The notes under the pieces were generated by a model. The model was not told the origin of the DNA. It saw nothing but the letters and a program-made list of their open reading frames with translations, and did no database searches. Of a stretch of DNA of 64,000 nucleotides, positions 1 through 7,873 are shown one piece after another; position 1 is the first letter of the stretch, and each line of letters begins with the position of its first letter. Origin of the DNA: an uncultured Candidatus Saccharibacteria bacterium (GTDB lineage: Bacteria; Patescibacteriota; Minisyncoccia; CAIUEV01; JAHKAQ01); contig CAZRBB010000001.1 in NCBI GenBank assembly GCA_964598205.1, positions 156,199-220,198 of the forward strand, read 5' to 3'. The position numbers were made by a program, and so were the translations under genes.

Positions 1-1433
1 TGAAACTTAGTAGCCAAAAGAGCTAATTCTTGTTTTATTAATGGGTTTTCTTTCAAAGAAATATAGCGAAAAAGCAGGACTAAAGAAGGAATAAGAATAA
101 TTGTTGCCACAAACAGAGACAGTGATCCTAGCTTTTTAGCACTTTTATGAATTAGAAAAATAGTACCAAGTGCTAGGAATGGAAGAACGGCAAACAAATA
201 TCGTCGCAGAATCCAAGGGTGGTCTAGAGAAATGTTTGGTTTTAAAAAATAAATTAAGAAAGGACCAAGAAAGAGCAAGAGTAGAAGCTCTATTTGGGAA
301 AGCTTTCTCCTAAAAATTCCGCCAAAAATGATAATCAAAATATAAACAATTCCCAAAATCAACAAAGGAAAGAGTTGGTAATTTAAAAAAACTTTTAGCA
401 CATAAAGAGTTTTGGGAAGCAAATATCCAAAAGGGGAAAAGCCCAAAAAGGAAGGATTAATAGGGGAATATCCCAAAACATCTTTAATCATTTTTTTATA
501 GAAGGGGAGAATACTAAGAGAGTAAGCAAGGAAGATTAAAAAGGAGCCAACAAGAAGTGCCTGAAATTTTTTAGATCGAAAGAGAGGGAAGCCAACTTTT
601 TTATCTTGGAAAAATAGATAAATCAAAAGAATTGCCATTAAGAAAACTCCTTCAATTCTTACAAGACAAAAAACCAAAAGAGAAAAAAAAGCACTAAAAA
701 GAAAACTAAAATTTTTCCCTTTGGTTTTTTGATAAAGAAATAGACTATAAATAAAAGTAAAAAGTAAACCAAAAGCGGTTGTTTCGGCTAGGTTTTGGCG
801 AGCATGCCAGAAGAAAGGAAATGTAAAAGCGATTAAAGGAAGGGAAGCAAGACCCCAAACAGAGCTTTTTGTTTGGGCTTTTGTTAAATAGAAAATTGCC
901 AAAAGACCAATAAAAATTCCTGGGATATTAGCAAATTTTAATCCCCAGTCTCCCAAAAAAGAAAACCAAAAAGCTAGGTAAGAAATATATCCTAAGTTAA
1001 ACTGGGTCTTTAATTGATTATCTTCGGTAATAATAAAACCAGGGAAGTTTAATGCCATGTGATTGGAGTTTTGGCTATTCAAGAACTCCAAGGCAGCCGG
1101 ACGAAAAGTGATTTTTTGGTTTTGAGAAAGCATTACGGCCGCTTCTACCATGGCACCAGGATCTCTTCCTCCTAGGTAGCTAATATTGAAATTCAAAAAA
1201 ACAATCAATGACCAAAAAGTAGCAAAAAGAAAAGCCAAAAGCTCCCAGCGGTCCAGGGTTTTTTCAAAAGAAAAAAGCTTGGTTTTTTTAGCCAAAAAAA
1301 GACAGACAATTAGAAGGGAAAGGCTGATTAACAGAGGATGGAAAAATTTTAAAAAAGCAAAAAACACGCAAAGAAAAACAGAAAGAGTAAAAACAAAAGA
1401 GAGCGCCAAAAAAAAGCGACCTGATTTTAACAT
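1..1433 (-). CDS. Polytopic membrane protein, probable GT-C-fold glycosyltransferase; 3' end runs off the window
   Basis: Not in the ORF track. Manual translation from ATG 1433: MLKSGRFFLALSFVF...SYLGGRDPGAMVEAA...ISLDHPWILRRYLFAVLP (both ends in the same frame). Many hydrophobic segments; acidic RD motif after an early TM helix and RRY motif fit GT-C enzymes. Confidence 0.6.
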   Translation of the reverse strand, partial: MLKSGRFFLALSFVFTLSVFLCVFFAFLKFFHPLLISLSLLIVCLFLAKKTKLFSFEKTLDRWELLAFLFATFWSLIVFLNFNISYLGGRDPGAMVEAAVMLSQNQKITFRPAALEFLNSQNSNHMALNFPGFIITEDNQLKTQFNLGYISYLAFWFSFLGDWGLKFANIPGIFIGLLAIFYLTKAQTKSSVWGLASLPLIAFTFPFFWHARQNLAETTAFGLLFTFIYSLFLYQKTKGKNFSFLFSAFFSLLVFCLVRIEGVFLMAILLIYLFFQDKKVGFPLFRSKKFQALLVGSFLIFLAYSLSILPFYKKMIKDVLGYSPINPSFLGFSPFGYLLPKTLYVLKVFLNYQLFPLLILGIVYILIIIFGGIFRRKLSQIELLLLLFLGPFLIYFLKPNISLDHPWILRRYLFAVLPFLALGTIFLIHKSAKKLGSLSLFVATIILIPSLVLLFRYISLKENPLIKQELALLATKF

Positions 1434-1451
1434 TCTTTTTTTTAAGACTTA

Positions 1452-2609
1452 CTACCCTAACCGTTTAACAATAAGAGGCTTAGCTAGGGCTCCTTCTAAG
1501 GAAGAGATCTTTTGGGTTAACTTTTTTAAATTGCCTTCGTCTATCTCTGCTGCCAAAATAATAAGAGTAGAGCATCTTTCCACACATTTTCTGGTAAGAG
1601 GAAGGCCAATGCGACCTAAAAAGAAACTTCCAAAGTCGGTTAAGATTTCGTTTACTTTGCCCGCGTTTTCGGTCCGATTAGAAAGAAAAATAGAAATTGT
1701 GGCTAAGTAGAGAGGTGGAGCGGAGGGGGCTTCGCCCTTTGCCTTATTAACGGTTGGAGGAGTTTTTTTCGGTTCTTTTTTTTTCTGCTCAGACCCTGTC
1801 TTGCTATTAGTATTTGAAAATTTTTGACCTTGGTTCAAGCGATCAGCATTGACACTATTATTCTGAACACTACTCGACTTATTAATAGGCTTGCTTTTTA
1901 GATCAACTTTCACTGCCTCAACATCTTTATTGGGCTTATTTTCCAGATTACTTTCCTTGACTGGTTCTTTGGTGGGTTCTTTACTAGGAACAACTTCTTT
2001 TCCTTTTGTTGTGATTTCTTCTTGGGAAAAAACAAAATCTATTCTTTTTTCTGGATAAACTGTTGGCGGCATCTGAGTTTCTTGCCCTTGATTATTCTCT
2101 ATTACTTCCTTTTGGATTTGGTCTTGTTGTGGGTTAAAATTTTGATTTTCTAAGAGTGGTTTTTTTAGTTTTGGTTGCTCTGAGTTTTGTCTAGAAGAGT
2201 GGGAATCAATTTGTTCTGAAAAATTAAAAGGGCTGGGGCTTTCTTGTTCGGAAACAATTGGTCCCGAATTACCAGTTTCCAAACTACTACTTAAGCTTTC
2301 CAGGTTTCCACCGCCACTCGGTTTATAAGCTGTTGGAGAAGTTATAGGGGGAACGCTAGGGGGAGTAGTTGGAGGGGAAAACGATAGAAAGGGAGAAGGA
2401 GCAGGAGCAGGAATGGGAGAAGGAGCAGGAGCAGGAATGGGAGCAGGAGAAGGAGAAGGAGCAGGAGTAGGAGCGGGATTAGGAGTGTTAAAGCTGGGAG
2501 TGGCGGTTGGTTGAGAAATGGGAGAAGAATTAACTTCCGAATCCGAAGAAGGAATTCCAGACAAAAAAGAAAGCACATCATCATCTCTCCGATTGTTTAG
2601 GGGTGACAT
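1452..2609 (-). CDS. TM1266-family putative iron-only hydrogenase system regulator domain (C-terminal ~85 aa) fused to a ~300-aa Pro/Ser-rich disordered N-terminus
   Basis: C-terminal ATISIFLSNR...VNEILTDFGSFFLGRIGLP...LTQKISSLEG resembles the TM1266 ACT-like pattern; PAPSP repeats near N-terminus; divergent from hydrogenase genes. Confidence 0.7.
   Translation of the reverse strand: MSPLNNRRDDDVLSFLSGIPSSDSEVNSSPISQPTATPSFNTPNPAPTPAPSPSPAPIPAPAPSPIPAPAPSPFLSFSPPTTPPSVPPITSPTAYKPSGGGNLESLSSSLETGNSGPIVSEQESPSPFNFSEQIDSHSSRQNSEQPKLKKPLLENQNFNPQQDQIQKEVIENNQGQETQMPPTVYPEKRIDFVFSQEEITTKGKEVVPSKEPTKEPVKESNLENKPNKDVEAVKVDLKSKPINKSSSVQNNSVNADRLNQGQKFSNTNSKTGSEQKKKEPKKTPPTVNKAKGEAPSAPPLYLATISIFLSNRTENAGKVNEILTDFGSFFLGRIGLPLTRKCVERCSTLIILAAEIDEGNLKKLTQKISSLEGALAKPLIVKRLG
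2391..2478. repeat. Coding hexamer tandem repeat (GGAGCA/GGAGAA) encoding PAPSP/PIPAP repeats
   Basis: Includes two tandem copies of the 24-mer ggagaaggagcaggagcaggaatg. Confidence 0.85.
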
Positions 2610-2666
2610 TTTTGTTTTTTATTTTATTGCTTGATTTTTGATTGCTAAAAAAAATATAACAAGATC

Positions 2667-2695
2667 AGTATAAAACATTGCACGATAGTTATCAA
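2667..2695 (-). promoter_or_regulatory. Sigma70-type promoter of the TM1266-fusion gene
   Basis: Minus strand TTGATA-17 nt-TATACT, about 58 nt upstream of ATG 2609. Confidence 0.6.
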
Positions 2696-2702
2696 TCTTT
2701 AA

Positions 2703-2795
2703 GAATTTCTAATTTCTAATTTTGAATTTCGATTAAAACTTGAACTTTTAATTTTAAAATTTAATCAAAATTCAAAATTCAAGATTAAAAATTTA
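2703..2795. repeat. AT-rich imperfect palindromic heptamer repeat (AATTTCT/AATTTTG units), copy 1
   Basis: aatttctaatttctaattttgaatttcg...caaaattcaaaattcaagatt; similar tracts at ~30684 and ~63694. Confidence 0.6.
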
Positions 2796-2838
2796 CTACC
2801 AGATGGAACGATAAATTGGTTTATGCTAAAATCGCGTT

Positions 2839-3279
2839 ATGACTATTCAGAAAATTTTATTAGATTTTGAACCGCAAAAAAAAAATCTATTACCCCTTTT
2901 GAACAGGGTTAGTACCTGTTTTGGCTTTATTTCCAAAGAGCAACTTTACTTGATTGCCGATTACTTTGGAATGGCGCCAGCAAAAGTTTTTTCTGTAATT
3001 ACAGCTTCCGAAGTTCTAAAATACGAAAAGCCCAAGTTTTTAGAAGTTAAAATTTGCATGGGTCCTCATTGTCGGATCAAAGGAGCAAAAAGAGTCTTGG
3101 AAGAAGCCCAAAAAGTTATAGGGGTTCGTGCTGACAAAAAATCAGCGGGGAAATTTGATCTTCAAACTACCAGCTGTATTGGGCATTGTCTTTCTGGTCC
3201 TGTGGTGAAAATAAATGGAACCGTTTTTAATGGTGTTCGTTCCTTTGAAGTTGACGATTTGTTAAAAAATTACCTTTAA
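2839..3279 (+). CDS. hydC: [FeFe]-hydrogenase gamma subunit (NuoE/HydC-like, [2Fe-2S])
   Basis: C-x4-C (CMGPHC) and C-x3-C (CIGHC) motifs, GPVVKING; first gene of the cluster. Confidence 0.85.
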   Translation: MTIQKILLDFEPQKKNLLPLLNRVSTCFGFISKEQLYLIADYFGMAPAKVFSVITASEVLKYEKPKFLEVKICMGPHCRIKGAKRVLEEAQKVIGVRADKKSAGKFDLQTTSCIGHCLSGPVVKINGTVFNGVRSFEVDDLLKNYL

Positions 3280-3321
3280 GCAAACCACTGCTGAATTTTT
3301 TAGTTGATTTTTCTAAAAATA

Positions 3322-4581
3322 ATGAAAGAAACAAAAATAATTACTAGATTGTGGGGCAAGATTAATCCTTGCCTTATTGACTCTTACATAAATGAAGGGG
3401 GCTATGTTTGCTTTGGAAAATGTCTTTCTGGAAAATTATCGCCAGAAAAAGTAAGAAAAATAATTATTGATTCCGGTCTTAGGGGAAGAGGCGGGGCAGG
3501 CTTTAAAACAGGAGAGAAGTGGGAACTTGCGACCTCTACGGCCAGAAGATCTAAAAAGAATCCTATCCTAATAATTAATGCCGACGAATCACAACCAGGA
3601 ACCTTTAAGGACCGGCTAATGCTAGAAAAAAATCCTCAGCTAGTAATAGAAGGAGCACTGATTGCCGCCTACGCTCTTTCGGCCAAGAAAGTTCTATTCT
3701 ATATCAATGGTAATTATCGGGAACAGTTTAAAATAGTAGAAGAAGCCATTAAACAAGCCGAAGCCAAATGTTTTCTAAGCACCACTCAAGAATCCGGGAA
3801 AAAAATAATTGTTCAGCCGATTCGTGGTGCTGGTGGCTATATTTACGGAGAAGAAACGGCTCAAATTAATTCTCTAGAAGGTCAACGGGGAGAGCCAAGA
3901 GTAAAACCGCCATATCCGGTAGTAAAGGGATTGTTTGGCCGGCCAACGGTGGTTAATAATGTGGAAACGATTGCCAACATTGTTCCTATTTTAGAATTAG
4001 GTGTTAGCGAATTTAAAAAATTTGGAGTGCCGGGTTCTTGGGGAACTAAATTGTTTTCTGTTTCGGGAACGGTTAAGAATCCAGGAGTTTTTGAACTCCC
4101 CCTGGGATCTTCATTGGGAAATGTCCTAAAAGATTGCTGTGGATGGATGGCTAATCAAAAGCAATTTTCTTTTGCAAGAATTGGTGGAACGGGAAAATTT
4201 TTAGGAAAAGAGGCTCTTTCGTATCCCTTAATTTACGGAGATGCTCCCGGAGAAATAAATGTTGGCTTGGGAGATATTCTGGTGGTAGATAAAAATGTTT
4301 CCTTAAAAGATTTAATGGAAGCTTGGTCTTCTTTCTATCGGCGAGAGTCTTGCGGACAGTGTACTCCTTGCCGGGAAGGAACTTTTATTCTGGCTCAAAT
4401 GGCAGAAAGAATGAAAGAGAATGATCTAAAAGAAAATGACTGGCTTAATTTAGAAAATCTTTTAGAAGCTTTAGAAAAAACGGCCCTTTGCCCCTTGGGT
4501 GGATTTGCTACCAAGCATTGGCGAGAATTTTTAAGGATTAAAAAGGAAAGTCGTTTAAAAAAAGAAAAAAATAAAAAATGA
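3322..4581 (+). CDS. hydB: [FeFe]-hydrogenase beta subunit (NuoF/HydB-like NADH/FMN subunit, short form)
   Basis: GRGGAGF, NADESQPGTFKDR, GEETA, NNVET and ESCGQCTPCREG...CPLG ([4Fe-4S]); start taken at ATG 3322. Confidence 0.88.
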   Translation: MKETKIITRLWGKINPCLIDSYINEGGYVCFGKCLSGKLSPEKVRKIIIDSGLRGRGGAGFKTGEKWELATSTARRSKKNPILIINADESQPGTFKDRLMLEKNPQLVIEGALIAAYALSAKKVLFYINGNYREQFKIVEEAIKQAEAKCFLSTTQESGKKIIVQPIRGAGGYIYGEETAQINSLEGQRGEPRVKPPYPVVKGLFGRPTVVNNVETIANIVPILELGVSEFKKFGVPGSWGTKLFSVSGTVKNPGVFELPLGSSLGNVLKDCCGWMANQKQFSFARIGGTGKFLGKEALSYPLIYGDAPGEINVGLGDILVVDKNVSLKDLMEAWSSFYRRESCGQCTPCREGTFILAQMAERMKENDLKENDWLNLENLLEALEKTALCPLGGFATKHWREFLRIKKESRLKKEKNKK

Positions 4582-6404
4582 AAGAATTCTTTATAGAAAT
4601 TAATCAAAAAAAAGTACCAGTAAAAGAAGGAGAGTCTGTTTTAGATGTTTGCCGAAGAGAAAATATAGAACTGGCCTCTCTTTGTAGCCATCCTAATTTT
4701 AGCGACTGTCGACCGTCTGATTCTCTAACCTACAAAAGCCACTCTTCTTGTCGGCTTTGTCTAGTCAAAGTTCTTTTTAGTGGAGAAAAAAAGGAACGGT
4801 TGTTGCCAGCCTGCGATCTTAAAGTAGCACCGGGGGAGAAAGTAACAACGGAAGATAAGGAAATTATTAGAACCAGAAAAATCAATTTAGAACTTTTATT
4901 CGCCAGCCACGCCGGTCTTTGTGCTCATTGCTATCGCAACGGTGATTGTGAATTGCAAGAACTAGCTTCGCGCTACGATATAGACGAATACCGCTTTGCG
5001 CCACGATTTAGAGGAATTTCTCATCAAGAAGAAATGGCTCTTTTGTTCGAAAAGATGGTTAATCGCAAAGTAGATCTAAACAATCCATCTGTGGCAAGAG
5101 ATTCGGAGAAGTGCATTAAATGTCGTCGCTGTATTAAAGTTTGTCGTGACACGCAAACAGTCGAAGCTTATGCTTTTGTTGGCAAAAGCATAGAGGCGTC
5201 CGTGGGTACAGAATTTAATACTCCCTTGGAGTGTACTTATTGTGGGCAATGTACAGCGGTTTGTCCTACTGCCGCTCTAACGGAAAAAAGTCAGATTAAA
5301 AACTTCTTAGAAGCCATAAATGATCCCCAAAAAAAGGTGGCAGTCCAAATTGCTCCTTCAGTACCTTTTTCGTTAGGAGAAGAATTCGGAATGCCAGCGG
5401 GGTCTGTGGTAACAGAAGAAATGGTGACGGCATTAAAAAAAATTGGTGCAGATTTAGTCTTTAATACTAATCTAGGCGCCGATCTAACAATCATGGAAGA
5501 AGCCCATGAATTAATAGAAAGAATTAAATATCCCAAAAAAGACAAGCCATTGCCACTCTTTACCAGTTGTTGTCCATCTTGGGTGCTTTTTATGGAGCAG
5601 AATTATCCGCAACTTTTAGGCAATCTTTCTTCTTGTAGTTCTCCTCACATAATGCTGGGTTCGTTGATTAAGAATTATTACGCTTCCAAAAATAAACTAG
5701 AAAAAGAAAAAATATTTACTGTTTCCATTATGCCTTGTTTGTCCAAAAAATATGAAGCCGCAAGGCCGGAATTTTCTAAAAACGGAATAAAAGAAGTGGA
5801 CTGTGTATTAACTACCAGAGAATTGGGCAAACTTTTAAGGGAAAAGAAGATTGAACTTTCAGAACTAGAAGGTACGCCTTTTGATTCTGCGCTAGGAACG
5901 GGAACTAGTGCTGGTGCTATTTTCGGCGCTTCTGGAGGAGTGGCAGAAGCGGCATTGCGTACTGCTGTTTTTTTCTTAACCGGTAATAATCCGGCCATTA
6001 TTGATTTCAAAGAAGTCCGTGGAGATTTAGGCATTAAAATTGCCACAGTGAAAATTGCTGATCTGGAATTAAGAGTGGGGGTGGTTAATGGACTAGGTAA
6101 TGCTCGTCAAGTTTTAAAGGACTTAGGTTCCGGTGAGTTAAAATTAGATTTACTAGAAGTAATGGCTTGTCCTGGAGGTTGTATTGGAGGTGGTGGCCAA
6201 CCAATTCCTACTAGTCCAGAAATAAGGAAAAGACGAGCCGCTTCTATTTACAATCAAGATAAAAATTCTGTCTTAAGATTGGCTCATGAAAATCCGTTAA
6301 TAGAAAAAATATACAAAGATTTCTTATTTTCTCCGGGAAGTAAGAAAGCCCAAAAATATTTGCATACCAAGTACTATCCCTACCAATATCGCTATCGGCA
6401 ATAA
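4578..6404 (+). CDS. hydA: [FeFe]-hydrogenase catalytic subunit, group A
   Basis: H-cluster motifs FTSCCPSW, MPCLSKKYE and EVMACPGGCIGGGGQP; N-terminal [2Fe-2S], His-ligated [4Fe-4S] (HAGLCAHCYRNGDC) and two ferredoxin motifs (CIKCRRC, CTYCGQC). Confidence 0.95.
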   Translation: MKEFFIEINQKKVPVKEGESVLDVCRRENIELASLCSHPNFSDCRPSDSLTYKSHSSCRLCLVKVLFSGEKKERLLPACDLKVAPGEKVTTEDKEIIRTRKINLELLFASHAGLCAHCYRNGDCELQELASRYDIDEYRFAPRFRGISHQEEMALLFEKMVNRKVDLNNPSVARDSEKCIKCRRCIKVCRDTQTVEAYAFVGKSIEASVGTEFNTPLECTYCGQCTAVCPTAALTEKSQIKNFLEAINDPQKKVAVQIAPSVPFSLGEEFGMPAGSVVTEEMVTALKKIGADLVFNTNLGADLTIMEEAHELIERIKYPKKDKPLPLFTSCCPSWVLFMEQNYPQLLGNLSSCSSPHIMLGSLIKNYYASKNKLEKEKIFTVSIMPCLSKKYEAARPEFSKNGIKEVDCVLTTRELGKLLREKKIELSELEGTPFDSALGTGTSAGAIFGASGGVAEAALRTAVFFLTGNNPAIIDFKEVRGDLGIKIATVKIADLELRVGVVNGLGNARQVLKDLGSGELKLDLLEVMACPGGCIGGGGQPIPTSPEIRKRRAASIYNQDKNSVLRLAHENPLIEKIYKDFLFSPGSKKAQKYLHTKYYPYQYRYRQ

Positions 6405-6448
6405 ACAATTTGCGCGTTTAATACATTAATTAATTTAATTTTAAGAAA

Positions 6449-7453
6449 ATGCTAAACATTGCAATCAACGGATTTGGAAGAATTGGTCGTGCCGCACTAA
6501 AAATTATTCAGGAAAGAAAAGGAGTTAAAGTAATAGCAATCAATGATCTTTCTGGAGTAAAAATGGGTGCCTATCTTTTAGCTTACGATTCAGTTTTTGG
6601 CCGCTATTCCCAAAAAGTGAGCGTTAAAAAAAATTCCCTAGAAGTTGGAGAAGATTCTATTGCTTTTCTTTCCGAACCAGACCCAGCTAAATTACCTTGG
6701 AAGGAAATGGGAATAGATTTAGTTTTGGAATGTACCGGTGTTTTCGAAACCAAAGAAAAAAATCAGGGACATTTAGATGCGGGAGCCAAGAAAGTAATTA
6801 TTTCTTCTCCGCCTAAAGATGAAACACCGATTTTTTGCATGGGTTGTAATGAAAAAAAATATCGTCCCGAAAAAGACCATATTGTTTCTAACGGATCCTG
6901 CACTACCAATTGTTTAGCACCGATTGCCAAAGTATTGAACGACGAAATTGGGATTGATAAAGCTCTAATGACCACTATTCACAGCTACACGGCTAGCCAA
7001 AGCCTAGTAGACGCTTCCGTAGGAGACGAACGCCGTTCTCGCGCAGCAGCATTAAATTTATCTCCTTCTACTACCGGGGCGGCAATTGCGGTGACTCGAG
7101 TATTGCCAGAACTTGCCGGAAAATTCGACGGGATGGCTGTTCGAGTTCCTACTCCTTGCGTTTCTTTGGTGGACTTGGTTGCGAAATTAAGAAGGAATGT
7201 TACCATAGAAAAAATAGCCAATCTTTTTATTGGTGCTTCTCGGGGGGAAATGAAAGGGATTTTAGCGGTAGAAAGCCTGCCTTTGGTTTCTTCTGATTTT
7301 ATTGGCAACAAGCATTCGGCAATTGTTGATTTGGAAGAGATCATGGTTTTAAAGGGCGACATGGTAAAGGTTATTGCTTGGTACGACAACGAGTGGGGCT
7401 ATTCAGAACGACTCGTTGATTTGGCTGTTTATTTGGGTAAATTTCTAAAGTAG
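6449..7453 (+). CDS. gap: Glyceraldehyde-3-phosphate dehydrogenase (type I)
   Basis: INGFGRIGR, SCTTNC and WYDNEWGY motifs. Confidence 0.98.
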   Translation: MLNIAINGFGRIGRAALKIIQERKGVKVIAINDLSGVKMGAYLLAYDSVFGRYSQKVSVKKNSLEVGEDSIAFLSEPDPAKLPWKEMGIDLVLECTGVFETKEKNQGHLDAGAKKVIISSPPKDETPIFCMGCNEKKYRPEKDHIVSNGSCTTNCLAPIAKVLNDEIGIDKALMTTIHSYTASQSLVDASVGDERRSRAAALNLSPSTTGAAIAVTRVLPELAGKFDGMAVRVPTPCVSLVDLVAKLRRNVTIEKIANLFIGASRGEMKGILAVESLPLVSSDFIGNKHSAIVDLEEIMVLKGDMVKVIAWYDNEWGYSERLVDLAVYLGKFLK

Positions 7454-7465
7454 TTAAAAAACAAA

Positions 7466-7873
7466 ATGTCTAAAAAAAAATATTCCAAGAAACGTGGCTT
7501 CTCTTTAGTAGAGATGTTGGTGGTGGTAGCAATTATTGGAATGCTCGCCACTATCCTTTTGATCAATTATACTGGCCAATTAAAAAAGAGCCGTGACCAA
7601 AAAAGACGCACCGACGCCGAATCTATTAAATTGGCTTGCAATATGTACGCCAACCAGAACCAAAAATTCCCGGTGCAAACCGTGAACTCTACTGCTTGGG
7701 GGGCCCTGGTTACAGATCTTGATCCATATATTTCTCTTAGTTCCATTACGGATCCGCAGCAAGCAGGAGGAGGGGCTCATATTTATACTTATGTTGGGGC
7801 TGTGAATAATTGCACAATTACTTTTTATTCAGAAGTAAGTGGAGCCAATCAAACTATTCATTGTATAGATTAA
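7466..7873 (+). CDS. Type IV pilin / GspG-like prepilin
   Basis: Class III signal G|FSLVEMLVVVAIIG followed by RDxxR helix. Confidence 0.9.
   Translation: MSKKKYSKKRGFSLVEMLVVVAIIGMLATILLINYTGQLKKSRDQKRRTDAESIKLACNMYANQNQKFPVQTVNSTAWGALVTDLDPYISLSSITDPQQAGGGAHIYTYVGAVNNCTITFYSEVSGANQTIHCID

Noticed and set aside
1186-1710. 174-aa Lys-rich plus-strand ORF
   Set aside because: Antisense shadow of the Phe/Leu-rich membrane gene and the TM1266-fusion gene.
2342-2584. Poly-Leu 80-aa ORF
   Set aside because: Alternative frame of the Pro-rich hexamer repeat.
2839-4581. nuoE/nuoF of respiratory complex I
   Set aside because: The next gene has H-cluster motifs and no other nuo genes are present.
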